A stretch of DNA of 64,000 nucleotides from Phoronis australis. Lineage: Eukaryota > Animalia > Phoronida. The notes under the pieces are model-generated. The model was given only the letters and a program-made list of their open reading frames with translations. It was not told where the DNA came from and made no database searches. Location: assembly GCA_002633005.1 (NCBI GenBank), contig NMRA01000021.1, forward strand, positions 844,298 to 908,297, given 5' to 3'. Positions 62,838-64,000 of the stretch are shown here, piece by piece (positions within the stretch are counted from its first letter, which is position 1; each line of letters starts with the position of its first letter). A program made the position numbers and the translations under genes.

Positions 62838-63985
62838 AGTGTACACAACATGACTCTAGTACCTCAAAATAAATTTTATTATTATATCTTACTTGATTTC
62901 AGTGCCTTTAGTGCACAGCTCATAAAGAAACAGGCAAAAACTGAAAAAAATAATAATTATGTACAACGTCATGGGTTGAACCCAAGTCGTTTGCCATACT
63001 GTTCGGTTCAGAGACAAAGTGTATAGAGTGAAGAGAAAGCAAAGTACATTTAGAGTCGAGAAGGTTCGTAGAGGGATCAAAAGATGTGTTTCCGGAGGCT
63101 GCAACAACAGCAGCCAGGCGGAAAACGTCTCGGTGTTCTGAAGGATGTTGAGAGGCACATCGTGGAATAAAAAATACGTGTGTACAGAATCACTAACTAT
63201 CTTCGATTGACTAAAACACGTGGTTTAGTACATGTGGCTACAGTGAACATGCGCAGTAAAGACTTACATAAGTTCTACATGATTACTAACATATGGTGCC
63301 TGCTAGGTAGATTATATACTGAAGAAAGGACACCAAAGTTGCGCAGAAGTGTCATCGCATCGTGCGCCGAACTAGAGTGTGGGACGTCATCGTGGACCAA
63401 GCGATTCGGTCCGGGGTCACTCTGTGTTCTGTCCAATTTGAGGACTCGTGTTTCGACTCCAGTCACAGGAGACGTTACGATGAAGGCCTGGTTCAATAAA
63501 TGACAATATTTATCATTCAGAAACATCAGCTCTTAATTCAGGATCGTCTGTTGGATGACTGGGTTGATTCGCCGAGCCCGAGGCCGCTTCTCTCGCGGAA
63601 GGATCCAGTTCGTAAGGCTCAAGTTAGAAAAGTACGCTGCCGGAAGCACATTAAACTTGTTCTCGCTTTCGTGCAACTCCATTTCCTCATCCTGGCCACC
63701 ATTCCCGTACGTTTTTTCATAGTATTCGTTCAATTCTTGCTCATAATCGTCGTCGTTTTCAAATTTCCTGCTCTTCGCCATTGTTCAATGCTAGTCACTG
63801 ATCTATTGTGTTCAACCCATGACGTCACATGGCGGGAAATGTGAAAATTGGCAAAATTGAAAGAAAAATCAAAATTTCGAGCTAATTACACAAAATAAAC
63901 ATGAGTTTAGCTAAATTTTACGTCATACATTTAGTCTGTGACCACCGGTAATTCAAAATGTGCAAAAATCCATGGTGTGTACTGT
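62838..63985. mobile_element. Kolobok deletion derivative, TTAA TSD
   Basis: Boundaries are TTAA|agtgtacacaacatg...catggtgtgtactgt|TTAA. The internal inverted motif acgtcatgggttgaac occurs at ~62966 and ~63810. A + THAP remnant reads KRCVSGGCNNSSQAENVSVF*, and a convergent - ORF spans 63275..63781 with one stop. Confidence 0.7.
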
Positions 63986-64000
63986 TTAAGATACAATTTT

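Overview
AT-rich, intron-containing animal DNA, most consistent with a marine invertebrate (lophotrochozoan/mollusc-like; inferred from the repeat repertoire, not proven). Only one intact host gene is evident: a six-coding-exon GT7-family beta-1,4-glycosyltransferase on the + strand (44002..54551, 381 aa by manual splicing, all GT-AG and phase-consistent). It has Ile at the bovine beta4Gal-T1 Tyr289-equivalent position, so it is probably a bre-4-like beta4GalNAc-transferase. The rest is decayed mobile DNA: three TTAA-flanked Kolobok-type elements, a THAP-bearing P-like element whose empty site is also in the window, PIF/Harbinger and hAT-like MITEs, a Helentron/HINE-like element with a cluster of CTCF-like motifs, Hero, Penelope and LINE retroelement remnants, a CMC/EnSpm-like end, and micro/minisatellites. 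The most interesting signals are: (1) about 21 copies of TACATGTA, with in-window evidence that it arises by TA->TACATGTA insertion (a likely transposon excision footprint); (2) a triplicated putative non-coding first exon; (3) a duplicated, frame-shifting splice acceptor in the glycosyltransferase; (4) the TE-borne CTCF-like array. No complete novel multi-gene system is evident. Ns at 9442, 10758, 24648-24653, 27508 and 55734 mean some local duplications could be assembly artefacts.
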